Source: a virus. Taken from it: a stretch of DNA of 64,000 bases. The notes under the pieces were generated by a model that was not told the origin of the DNA, made no database searches, and saw nothing but the letters and a program-made list of their open reading frames with translations. The stretch spans positions 1 to 64,000 of IMG/VR virus record IMGVR_UViG_3300017917_001562; one strand, 5' to 3'. A program made the position numbers and the translations under genes. This document shows, piece after piece, positions 31,137 to 40,097 of this stretch (positions are counted from its first letter, which is position 1; each line of letters begins with the position of its first letter).

Positions 31137-31922
31137 ATGCTAATATATGTTAAATTTAAAACATATCCTGAACTTGTGTTGAGTATCAATGATTCTGATA
31201 TTGGCAACAGCTATGTTTCATTAATAAAAGAAAATTATAATAGTGGGTTTCCTATATTTCGTGATAGACCTAAATACACGGTAGAATATATGTTGCAACT
31301 TGCCAAAGAAGCAAACAATAAATTGGGTTGGGAATGGAGTTATGACGATTACGATATATCTACTACTGCATTGTTGCATAAAGATATAGAGAAATTAGTT
31401 GGTCAAGGATTTGACTCAGTGCCGGAAGAATTAGACAATTTAATCCACGAACTACACTATTGTTTACATATTATTCAAGACGGAGTCAAACAAAAGAAAA
31501 GAGACGCATGGTTACAAATTGAATGGTACAACGATAATGGGTTTCAATTGGACGGCACGGACCTATTTACAATGGAATTAAAGTTCGGTGATATTAAATT
31601 ACAAAATCCATTTGTTGGCCACGGCCCGTTGCAAATATATTTAGAAAAAGATTTTACAAATTTACAACAAACTTGTAAGTTTCATGACTTTGTAAAACCT
31701 GGAATTAATATAGCTATTGTTGATTTTCCTGTTATCAATAAGTTAGATGTGCTTAATGAATTTAAAAAACAAAACATATCTTTTGTAAATTTACAAACTG
31801 AAGAAAAGGTACTATCATATACAGGGTATCCTGTAATTGGAAAAATTAAAAATTTAGATGATCTTCAGACAGTTGTTAATGCTCCAGTCCTAGAATTAGA
31901 ATATATTAAATTTGATGAATAA
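31137..31922 (+). CDS. Hypothetical protein with His/Glu motifs
   Basis: 261 aa; LHKDIE..IHELHYCLH; resembles 33218..34303. Confidence 0.7.
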   Translation: MLIYVKFKTYPELVLSINDSDIGNSYVSLIKENYNSGFPIFRDRPKYTVEYMLQLAKEANNKLGWEWSYDDYDISTTALLHKDIEKLVGQGFDSVPEELDNLIHELHYCLHIIQDGVKQKKRDAWLQIEWYNDNGFQLDGTDLFTMELKFGDIKLQNPFVGHGPLQIYLEKDFTNLQQTCKFHDFVKPGINIAIVDFPVINKLDVLNEFKKQNISFVNLQTEEKVLSYTGYPVIGKIKNLDDLQTVVNAPVLELEYIKFDE

Positions 31923-33228
31923 ACCCAACACACTTTGCTTGGCACCCTGGACGCACACATACCTAAGCCCGCAAACTGAGCGCAGGATGTGCTGTGCTAG
32001 CCGAGAACCTGCACAGAACTTTGAGCAGTATATAGATACCAGTGCTGGCACCGGGAAATACATTCCACTAACCTTAGACCAGCATTGGAATTCAGAACAC
32101 ATGAAAAGCGTTCGTCGTCGTATGATGGCTGGAGAGACATTACTCGAATGTGAAGTATGTAACGACAAACTTTTAAATACAGCCGTTTACCGTAGTTATT
32201 TTGATCACCTCTTCGGTCATAAATATTTTGAAGCAATGCAGGCAACTGATGCTACAGGTTATACTACAATGAAGCCTGTTAGTTGGGATTACAGATTTAG
32301 TAATCTTTGCAATTTCAAATGCCGCATGTGTGGAGACATGTTAAGCAGTGCTTGGGAAAGCGAGCAACGCCAACACAACATGATCAATTGGCATGATCCA
32401 AAGAATAATTGGATGCAGCCTGAGATCAAACAACAAGTTGAACAATTTCAAGAAGGTCAAATAGAAGCCGAATTTTCGAAGGCAGTTGAAGAACACAGAG
32501 TTGAAGAAGTGTACTGGGTTGGCGGCGAGCCTCTTATGTACGAGCAACACTGGCGTTACATGACTCGCATAATTGAATTAGGAGATGGACCAAATGTTTA
32601 TGCTAGGTATAACACAAATCTCAGCAGAATTGATTACAAAGGTATTAATCTGTATAGGGATATTCTTACTAGGATTAGGGATTGGCAGGTATGTGCAAGC
32701 CTCGATGGCACAGGCGCGATTGGTGAATACATTAGAACAGGCCTTAACTACAATCAGTGGCTTGAGAACTTCCGTACAGGAAATTCGTTCAGGCGTTACA
32801 GTCGTCAGCAGAGAATTGACTTTACGCTCACTCTGCCGGGAATGTTTGAAGTTACAAAAATTGCAGAACTCGCTAGACAGGAAGAAGCTGAAGTCCTTGC
32901 CAAAGTAATTTTTAGTTTTAGCCCGGACATAGTTATGTCACCTTTAGCCCTACCCAGGGAAATATTACATCCTTGGATAGACGAAATATTGAATGACTCT
33001 CTTGACGGTACCCATCGTCTAACCGGTCCTCTAAAGGATATCCTTGTCCAGCTAAAAACTAGACCTACTTTTGCGGAACAATGGCCAAATGAACATCGCG
33101 CAGCTATTGCAAAAGGCAAAGCTCGCGTGTTAAAATTAGAGCAAATCCGTACGCAATCGATTACCATGACTGATATTTTATCTAAGCGTCCGGAAGTACT
33201 AAAATGGTGGATGCAAATTGAAACTTGA
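31912..33228 (+). CDS. Radical SAM protein with N-terminal Twitch/SPASM-like domain
   Basis: CNFKCRMC, VGGEP; N-terminal CLAPW..MCC..CEVC. Confidence 0.85.
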   Translation: MMNKPNTLCLAPWTHTYLSPQTERRMCCASREPAQNFEQYIDTSAGTGKYIPLTLDQHWNSEHMKSVRRRMMAGETLLECEVCNDKLLNTAVYRSYFDHLFGHKYFEAMQATDATGYTTMKPVSWDYRFSNLCNFKCRMCGDMLSSAWESEQRQHNMINWHDPKNNWMQPEIKQQVEQFQEGQIEAEFSKAVEEHRVEEVYWVGGEPLMYEQHWRYMTRIIELGDGPNVYARYNTNLSRIDYKGINLYRDILTRIRDWQVCASLDGTGAIGEYIRTGLNYNQWLENFRTGNSFRRYSRQQRIDFTLTLPGMFEVTKIAELARQEEAEVLAKVIFSFSPDIVMSPLALPREILHPWIDEILNDSLDGTHRLTGPLKDILVQLKTRPTFAEQWPNEHRAAIAKGKARVLKLEQIRTQSITMTDILSKRPEVLKWWMQIET

Positions 33229-34303
33229 TGAAATAGAAATAGTGTTAACAGGTGAAAACCAAGACCCGTTAACAATTTACATAGATGTCTATGACAGCAG
33301 TCTGAGTCGAAAATGGCTTGCAGCTTTAAATGATCTAATAGCTAATAACTATCATTTAGAAAAAAATTACTGCTTTCACGGCTTTGTGGGAAACAAGCGC
33401 AATGGTTGGTACATACTAGATCAAGTTAACAAATCTATTGCCAAAATTAACGCAGCTAATTTAAATTATTATATTGATGATTATTTCACTATGGAAAATT
33501 GTATTACTGACGAAAATGTTAGTGACAAAATCGGTGTTCACACAAAAGGTAGGAATATTATTCAAAATAGATTAAATAGTCTGCACAGATATTTTGAAGA
33601 TCTGCAAGGAGTAAGCGGAAAAATGTCTCCTTACTATTTGCAATCAACTAAAGAAATTAAATGGCATATTAGACAACTTAACTTATTGTGTCACGAATTT
33701 GAAACATGGGCTATGAGCTATCGTAAAGAAATTGAAGCTCCAGAATGGATTAGACCTAGTCAATTAATGTGTTGGTTAAATGCTCCTAGATTTAAGTTAG
33801 ATGAAGCAGATTATGAACTTTTTGGAATTGATACTATTAGTAGACCCACAGGCGGTGTATTTGTTGGTGTAAACAAAGCCATCGGCAAACATCATTGGGA
33901 AGTTTTTCAAGATGAAGGTAGAGATAGTAGGATAAATGAACTAGTCACTTCTGCATTAAGATCACAAACAGAAGCTTCTGGCGATTTTGACATTGAGTGG
34001 GGGAAAGATCCTTCAAATTTTGAATGGCAAAAGAAAAAACTTGCCGCTTTCAAAGAATGGCTAGTAATTAATAATTTCAATCCTAACGATAAAAGTTTAA
34101 CAATTGGGCACCCTCAAGTAGGACAAGTTGATTTACAAAGAAGCTTTAGTACAGACAATGTGCCCAAACTTTGGTATGCTTTAACTCCCAGACTTAATGT
34201 CGCAAGTATAAAAACATCTAACTATTTCGCAGAATATCCTTATTCATGGGAAGATGCAGATTATGCACAAACTCAAATTAACTGTTTATGGCCACATAAA
34301 TAA
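33218..34303 (+). CDS. Hypothetical protein with His/Glu motifs
   Basis: 361 aa, TTG start; LHRYFE..LNLLCHEFE..GHPQVGQV. Confidence 0.7.
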   Translation: MKLDEIEIVLTGENQDPLTIYIDVYDSSLSRKWLAALNDLIANNYHLEKNYCFHGFVGNKRNGWYILDQVNKSIAKINAANLNYYIDDYFTMENCITDENVSDKIGVHTKGRNIIQNRLNSLHRYFEDLQGVSGKMSPYYLQSTKEIKWHIRQLNLLCHEFETWAMSYRKEIEAPEWIRPSQLMCWLNAPRFKLDEADYELFGIDTISRPTGGVFVGVNKAIGKHHWEVFQDEGRDSRINELVTSALRSQTEASGDFDIEWGKDPSNFEWQKKKLAAFKEWLVINNFNPNDKSLTIGHPQVGQVDLQRSFSTDNVPKLWYALTPRLNVASIKTSNYFAEYPYSWEDADYAQTQINCLWPHK

Positions 34304-34328
34304 TTAATATTTGTGAAAGAGCTAGTCA

Positions 34329-34430
34329 ATGAATTGGATTAGAAGTCTTATTTCCAGAATTCGTTTAGAAATAAAATATCGTAAAAAACTTAAAGAATTG
34401 AGAAAACGCGATCCTTTTATCTATAAGTAA
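34329..34430 (+). CDS. 33-aa basic peptide ending RKRDPFIYK (not in ORF track)
   Basis: MNWIRSLISRIRLEIKYRKKLKELRKRDPFIYK; stop abuts the carbamoyltransferase ATG; ATAAATA at 34296. Confidence 0.65.
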   Translation: MNWIRSLISRIRLEIKYRKKLKELRKRDPFIYK

Positions 34431-35906
34431 ATGAATATTCTAGGTATCAGCGCAGGATTTCACGATGCGGCCGCAGCTGTGATAAATGACAACGGCGATA
34501 TTTTATTTGCCGCACACAGCGAAAGATACAGCAAATATAAACACGACAGACACATCAATCAGGGATTAATTGATGATGTACTGCGCTTCAATCCTAAAGT
34601 TGTTGCATACTACGAAAATCCTTTGCAAAAACAATTAAGACAACTATACGCAGGACAAGGATTTGACCTACACAATTGGCGTCTAAGTCAGGTACTTACA
34701 AATGAAACTGGTGGCTGGTTTAAAGGTTTAAAAACCCGCAGTTACAATCATCATCTTAGTCATGCAGCTGCAGGATTTCAAACTAGTCCATTTGACCGCG
34801 CTACAGTAGTAGTAATAGACGCAATAGGTGAATGGGACACTATTAGTATTTGGGCCGCAGAATATAAAAATGGTCGTGCCAAATATCGTAAATTATGGAG
34901 TCAGCGTTATCCACACAGCATAGGTTTATTTTATACAGCAATGACTAAACGAGTTGGTCTTAAACCCTTAGATGAAGAATATATTTTAATGGGAATGGCC
35001 GCATTAGGTAAAGATATAGATAGAAATTTAATGCAAAGTGTTTTAGTAGAAGACGAATACAAAATTAAATTTAGAAACAATTTGCATTTGGGCGTAGACG
35101 AAACTTTTCTAAGAGCAGCCGATCCAATGGACATTGCAGCTAGCACACAAAGTCTTACTGAAGACTTAATACTTAATGTTATTAAAAGAGCGCAAGACTT
35201 TAAATACAGTTCAAATCTGGTGTACATGGGCGGTGTAGCTCTTAATTGTACAGCAAATAGATTGTTAGGAAATTATTTTGATGACATATGGATTATGCCT
35301 AATCCTGGTGATGCTGGAAGTAGTCTTGGCGCTGCAGCTTTGGCTTATGGGGGTAGAATTAACTTTAACACTGCTTTTCTTGGGCACTGTATTAGTGGTC
35401 CTTACCCTGTTGCTAATCTTCTTGATGAGTTACTGGATAATAAAATCGTTGGAGTCGCTTCGGGACGAGCAGAGTTCGGTCCCAGGGCCCTCGGAAACAG
35501 AAGTCTTTTGGCAGACCCTCGAGGATACGAAATCAAAGATAGAGTTAATGGGATTAAGCGTAGACAGATGTTTAGGCCGTTTGCGCCAATTATTCTCGAA
35601 GAACTAGTTAACGACTATTTCGAAATGCCACCAGGCTGGCACAACAGTCGCTACATGCAAGTTGTGGCAAAATGCCGAAGACCAGATTTATTTCCTGCTA
35701 TCGTTCACGCAGACGGAACCAGCAGAGTCCAAACAGTGCCTAATAACGGTTCAGGTATTCGAAAGCTATTAGAACAATGGCTAATAATGACAGACTGTCC
35801 TATGTTACTCAATACTAGTTTGAATATTCGTGGTGAACCAATGGTAAATGACAGGGCAGACGCTGATAGATTCGAAAAGCTATACAAAGTCAAAGTTTGC
35901 TCATGA
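34431..35906 (+). CDS. Carbamoyltransferase (NodU/CmcH/TobZ family)
   Basis: ILGISAGFHDAAAA, HHLSHAA, GGVALNC, PGDAGSSLG, EFGPRALGNRSLLADP, RPFAP, VHADGTSRVQT, LLNTSLN. Confidence 0.92.
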   Translation: MNILGISAGFHDAAAAVINDNGDILFAAHSERYSKYKHDRHINQGLIDDVLRFNPKVVAYYENPLQKQLRQLYAGQGFDLHNWRLSQVLTNETGGWFKGLKTRSYNHHLSHAAAGFQTSPFDRATVVVIDAIGEWDTISIWAAEYKNGRAKYRKLWSQRYPHSIGLFYTAMTKRVGLKPLDEEYILMGMAALGKDIDRNLMQSVLVEDEYKIKFRNNLHLGVDETFLRAADPMDIAASTQSLTEDLILNVIKRAQDFKYSSNLVYMGGVALNCTANRLLGNYFDDIWIMPNPGDAGSSLGAAALAYGGRINFNTAFLGHCISGPYPVANLLDELLDNKIVGVASGRAEFGPRALGNRSLLADPRGYEIKDRVNGIKRRQMFRPFAPIILEELVNDYFEMPPGWHNSRYMQVVAKCRRPDLFPAIVHADGTSRVQTVPNNGSGIRKLLEQWLIMTDCPMLLNTSLNIRGEPMVNDRADADRFEKLYKVKVCS

Positions 35907-36106
35907 CCGAATCAAATAAAAGAAGTTTAATTAAAACGATAAGTTGGCGCTTGACAGGATCCAGTGCAACCTTTATAATAACATATTTAATAGCTGGCGA
36001 TTTTGCAATCGCTGGCACTGTTGCTGTGATACAAATTATAGCTAATACTTTGCTTTATTATGTACACGAACGACTATGGAATAAAATCAATTGGGGCAGA
36101 AAGTGA
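35903..36106 (+). CDS. DUF2061-like small membrane protein
   Basis: ES.KRSL.KTISWR..hydrophobic..YYVHERLW..I.WG; ATGA overlap with the upstream gene. Confidence 0.75.
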   Translation: MTESNKRSLIKTISWRLTGSSATFIITYLIAGDFAIAGTVAVIQIIANTLLYYVHERLWNKINWGRK

Positions 36107-36540
36107 TTAAAAAAATATTAATTATGGGACTACCAGGTAGTGGTAAAAGTACACTAGCAGAACCTTTTGCTAAAGCAATTAACGGCGTTTGGCTCAATGC
36201 CGACAAAGTTAGAACAGAATACGATGATTGGGATTTTAGTCCTGAGGGACGAATTCGTCAGGCACTGCGTATGAAATATTTGGCAGATGGTGTTGTTAAA
36301 GCGGGAAAGATTGCTGTAGCTGATTTTGTTTGCCCTACAGAAAAAGCTCGCCAAGAATTTGCCGCAGACTATGTAGTATGGATGGATACTATTAAAGAAG
36401 GAAGATTTGAAGATACAAACAAGATGTTTGAACCTCCTAGCCACTGTGATTATCATGTAAGCGAATGGTTTAATGATACTCATGATCAACTTTTAAACAT
36501 GCTGATTGCTTACCATAAACTGAAAATTAAAAATGTTTGA
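36103..36540 (+). CDS. Adenylylsulfate (APS) kinase-like P-loop kinase
   Basis: GLPGSGKST, LNADKVR, DFSPEGRIRQ, FEPP; GTG start overlapping the upstream TGA. Confidence 0.7.
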   Translation: MIKKILIMGLPGSGKSTLAEPFAKAINGVWLNADKVRTEYDDWDFSPEGRIRQALRMKYLADGVVKAGKIAVADFVCPTEKARQEFAADYVVWMDTIKEGRFEDTNKMFEPPSHCDYHVSEWFNDTHDQLLNMLIAYHKLKIKNV

Positions 36541-36943
36541 TACTAAAAAACCAACAACACAGCTATTAGGCCGTTGGCAACCATGGCACCCAGGCCATAC
36601 AGCACTATTCAAAAAAGCACTGTTAGAAACAGGACAAGTTTGTATTATGGTGCGTGATGTTGGCGGTATTGTTGGATCAGATGCTGGCGCAGGAAGAACT
36701 GTTGCTCAAGACGATAATCCTTTTGACAGTGACACTGTAAGAAATAACATCATTGAAGCACTAAGTAAAGAAGGTTTTATGTACAATCATGATTATATAA
36801 TTATGTTTGTACCTAACATTGTAGACATCAGTTATGGCCGCGGGGTTGGGTATACATTTACGCAACATGACTTAGGCGAAGAAATACACAGCATTAGTGC
36901 TACTCAAATTAGAGCAAAGCTGAGAGCCGAAGGTAAACTGTGA
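36533..36943 (+). CDS. Cytidylyltransferase-like nucleotidyltransferase (HxGH)
   Basis: GRWQPWHPGH and C-terminal ISATQIR. Confidence 0.75.
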   Translation: MFDTKKPTTQLLGRWQPWHPGHTALFKKALLETGQVCIMVRDVGGIVGSDAGAGRTVAQDDNPFDSDTVRNNIIEALSKEGFMYNHDYIIMFVPNIVDISYGRGVGYTFTQHDLGEEIHSISATQIRAKLRAEGKL

Positions 36944-37374
36944 AACAAAAATTTCTAAAAGCATTTATGCAGACAGCAAAAACTTTTGCTGAACTTAGTC
37001 ATGCTCGCAGACTGCATGTGGGTGCTATTGTTGTTAAGGATGATAGAATTATCAGTATCGGTTATAATGGCATGCCTGCAGGGTGGGATAACGATTGCGA
37101 GAATCTAGTAGGATACGATCGTGGTGAGCCAGTACTGAAAACTAAACAAGAAGTTCTTCACGCCGAAACAAACGCCATCAGCAAATTAGCCCGTAGTAGT
37201 GAAAGCGGAGAAGGTGCTACTATGTTCATCACGCATAGTCCCTGCATAGAATGTGCTAAACTAATTTACCAAAGTGGTATTAGCAAAGTATACTACGGAC
37301 AACAATACCGTGATGATCAAGGTGTAAAGTTTTTAGAAAAATGCAACATTGAAATTCAACAATTAGATGTTTGA
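36940..37374 (+). CDS. dCMP deaminase
   Basis: VGAIVVK..ISIGYNG, HAE.NAI, SPCIEC zinc motifs. Confidence 0.9.
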   Translation: MKQKFLKAFMQTAKTFAELSHARRLHVGAIVVKDDRIISIGYNGMPAGWDNDCENLVGYDRGEPVLKTKQEVLHAETNAISKLARSSESGEGATMFITHSPCIECAKLIYQSGISKVYYGQQYRDDQGVKFLEKCNIEIQQLDV

Positions 37375-39007
37375 TGTATTTTATACAGGCCCTAAGCCTA
37401 ATCTATTTGCCTTTGAAAAACCAGTAGCTGATATCGATGCTGCTAAAGCACAGGCACGAACAGAATATTTTTGGTTAATAGACGGCAACAACGACTACAC
37501 TGATTTTGATTGGTCATGGCGCCCTTTGCCCTACGAGCAAGATCATACTCATGTGTGGCCCAGTCAATGGCAGGAAAATGGGGGGACTTGTTTTGTACCT
37601 ACTAACTGTAGCGAATACAAATGGCACTGGCGAGACGATGTTGGTGTTGTTAATAAAAAACAAAGTGCGCCCATTTATTACATAGACTTTAATAATCAAG
37701 AAAGCCAACCTCAACTTAAGACTTTAAAGTCAAAGTGGACTGTGGCCAATTCAACAAGATATGTTGACAGTCACTTAAATGTCATAAAGCGTATTGTAAA
37801 CACTGCTGACAGTGAATATGTGTGGATTACTAGCAGCATCTGTGACTATTCAACCTTTGATTTTACTTGGCATCCTGCACAATGGCAAGAACAAATGATT
37901 CATTGCTTTGGCGGCAATATTCAACCAAGGGGTGATACATTTTATATACATGTTGAATCTTTCAAACAGCAGATGTATGACTTAGAAATATTAGATTGGT
38001 TTAATGTCATAAACTATGTAGAACTCATACATGTAACTAGATTTGACTGGCCTACTCACTACTACACGGGTGATAATCTAGTAGAAGAAATAAAAAACTA
38101 TAAATTTACTACACCTTATGCTGTCTTTACTAATCAGCAAGATTGTTATCCTTATACTAACACTTGTTTATGGTCAGAAAAAGACAGAGTAGTAGAATCT
38201 TTTGCGTCTAGCAATGCAATCTGTGTGATACCTCGTGATGCTAAATCATATATAAAGACACAAGTCTATGATTATCCTTACATTAATACTACTCAAAGAT
38301 TGTATTTTGGAGAACAACCATTGGATATAGTTTATATTAGTAACGGTGAACCTAATGAACAAGACTATTGGGATTACTTAAATTATAAGACTAGTGCTAA
38401 TTTTTACACAGGACAAATACATTGGGTTAAAGGTGTAAATGGCAGAGACGCTGCGTATAAGGCTGCAGCAGAAACAAGTACTACACCTTGGTTCTTTGCG
38501 GTGTTTGCAAAACTGCGTGTAACTCCTAACTTTGACTTTAAATGGCAACCTGATTATTTTCAAGAACCCAAACATTATATCTTTCATGCTCATAATCCCC
38601 TTAATGGATTAGAGTATGGACATCAAGCAATGATTGCTTATAATAAAAATCTTGTGCTGACTACAGAAGAAACAGGGTTAGATTTTACACTTAGTGCGCC
38701 TCATGAAGTGGTGCCTATATTAAGTGGTATAGCTGAATTTAATCAAGATGCTTGGATGACTTGGCGCACTGCGTTTAGAGAAGTTATCAAGCTAAAACAT
38801 TTTTCTAACACAGCACCAACTGTAGAAAACGAATACAGACTGAAAAAGTGGTTAACAGTTGCTCAAGGACAGTATGCTGGGTATTGTTTAGCCGGCGCCC
38901 GAGATGCCGTTGAATATTATGATTCAGTTAACGGAGATTTTGATAAGTTGAAATTAACTTACGAATGGGCTTGGTTGCGAGAATATTTTAATAGTAGAAA
39001 TCTTTAA
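37367..39007 (+). CDS. Multi-repeat glycosyltransferase-like protein
   Basis: 546 aa; C-terminal domain colinear with 24967..25893 (DIVYISNGEP..GRDAAYKAAA..YGH..WRTAFRE); repeated FD(W/F).W.P...Q/E units. Confidence 0.55.
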   Translation: MFDVFYTGPKPNLFAFEKPVADIDAAKAQARTEYFWLIDGNNDYTDFDWSWRPLPYEQDHTHVWPSQWQENGGTCFVPTNCSEYKWHWRDDVGVVNKKQSAPIYYIDFNNQESQPQLKTLKSKWTVANSTRYVDSHLNVIKRIVNTADSEYVWITSSICDYSTFDFTWHPAQWQEQMIHCFGGNIQPRGDTFYIHVESFKQQMYDLEILDWFNVINYVELIHVTRFDWPTHYYTGDNLVEEIKNYKFTTPYAVFTNQQDCYPYTNTCLWSEKDRVVESFASSNAICVIPRDAKSYIKTQVYDYPYINTTQRLYFGEQPLDIVYISNGEPNEQDYWDYLNYKTSANFYTGQIHWVKGVNGRDAAYKAAAETSTTPWFFAVFAKLRVTPNFDFKWQPDYFQEPKHYIFHAHNPLNGLEYGHQAMIAYNKNLVLTTEETGLDFTLSAPHEVVPILSGIAEFNQDAWMTWRTAFREVIKLKHFSNTAPTVENEYRLKKWLTVAQGQYAGYCLAGARDAVEYYDSVNGDFDKLKLTYEWAWLREYFNSRNL

Positions 39008-40097
39008 CAGCTTCTACTATAGTTTCAACTTCACTGTCAGTTAATTCAGGATATATTGGCAAACTTAAACATTCTGTGCAAAAAGCACTTGCTTGTCTGT
39101 ATAATTCACTGGCATAGTTGATATAAGGATAACCAACAGCATATTCATACAACGGCCTATCATAGTGTACTTTGCTTTCAATACCTGCTCGGCTTAAATG
39201 TAAACGCAGGGCTGACCTATCATTGCATTTGATCACATACTTACTCCACGCATGAACAGTGCCATTTGTAGTCAATGGCACATCTACATATAATTTTAAT
39301 GTTTCGTTATAATAGTCAGCAATTTGTTGTCTACGAGCTTGCCATTTGTTAAAGTATTTTAACTTAACTAACATTTGGGCACAGTCACTTTCGCTCATCT
39401 TGCTGTTAGTACCAGGATTTTCATGGTCTAAAGATTTGCCATTGTCTCTAAGATCTCGTAACAGTTTAGCATCTGCTAAGTTATCTACTAAGACCATACC
39501 ACCGGAACCGTAATTGTTTAAGTTCTTGGTAGGATCAAAACTTAATACACTGACTGTACCCAAGCTACCACTAGGTTGATCTCTATAGCTAGCCCCAAAG
39601 CTCTGTGCCGCATCTTCAATTATTTTAATGTTGTTATTAAAAAATTCAGTTAATAATTTAAATCTATCGTAGTCTACAGTGTTACCAAATAAGTTAGCGT
39701 ACATAATGCCACCTACCCCTGCACCTTTTAATGCATAGTCCATGCTTTCTAAATCTATTAATGCTTGGTCATCTACATCACATAACACAGGTTCGTTACC
39801 GTTTAGCAAAACGGAATTAATTGTAGCTACAAAACTGACAGTGGGTATTAATATCTTTGTGTTTTCAGCAAATAAGAGTTGTTGTGCAAAGATAAGGCCT
39901 TGGGTACAACTGTTAACAGCCACAGCATATCTACGACCGCATCTTAGTGCTATTTGTCTTTCGAATTCTTCAGTGAAATGGCCATCTAGCACTTGTCCAC
40001 TGGCATACACACGATCTGTTGCATCTAACAGTTCGTCTCGTAGATTTTGATATTGTCGCTTAATACCAAAAAAAGGAATTATAATTTTTTCTGCCAA
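38988..40097 (-). CDS. DegT/DnrJ/EryC1/StrS PLP-dependent sugar aminotransferase
   Basis: AVNSCT, IIEDAAQSFG, SFDPTKNL (PLP Lys), LSLPIYPEL. Confidence 0.9.
   Translation of the reverse strand: MAEKIIIPFFGIKRQYQNLRDELLDATDRVYASGQVLDGHFTEEFERQIALRCGRRYAVAVNSCTQGLIFAQQLLFAENTKILIPTVSFVATINSVLLNGNEPVLCDVDDQALIDLESMDYALKGAGVGGIMYANLFGNTVDYDRFKLLTEFFNNNIKIIEDAAQSFGASYRDQPSGSLGTVSVLSFDPTKNLNNYGSGGMVLVDNLADAKLLRDLRDNGKSLDHENPGTNSKMSESDCAQMLVKLKYFNKWQARRQQIADYYNETLKLYVDVPLTTNGTVHAWSKYVIKCNDRSALRLHLSRAGIESKVHYDRPLYEYAVGYPYINYASELYRQASAFCTECLSLPIYPELTDSEVETIVEAVKDFYY

Noticed and set aside
7658-38593. Short antisense or nested ORFs within long plus-strand genes (e.g. 8849..9097, 19877..20251, 32805..33275, 36154..36489)
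   Set aside because: Fully overlap well-supported genes, with no motifs or RBS; shadow ORFs
5-39007. Alternative genetic code
   Set aside because: Long ORFs, including the 4463-aa one, are intact and tightly packed under the standard code
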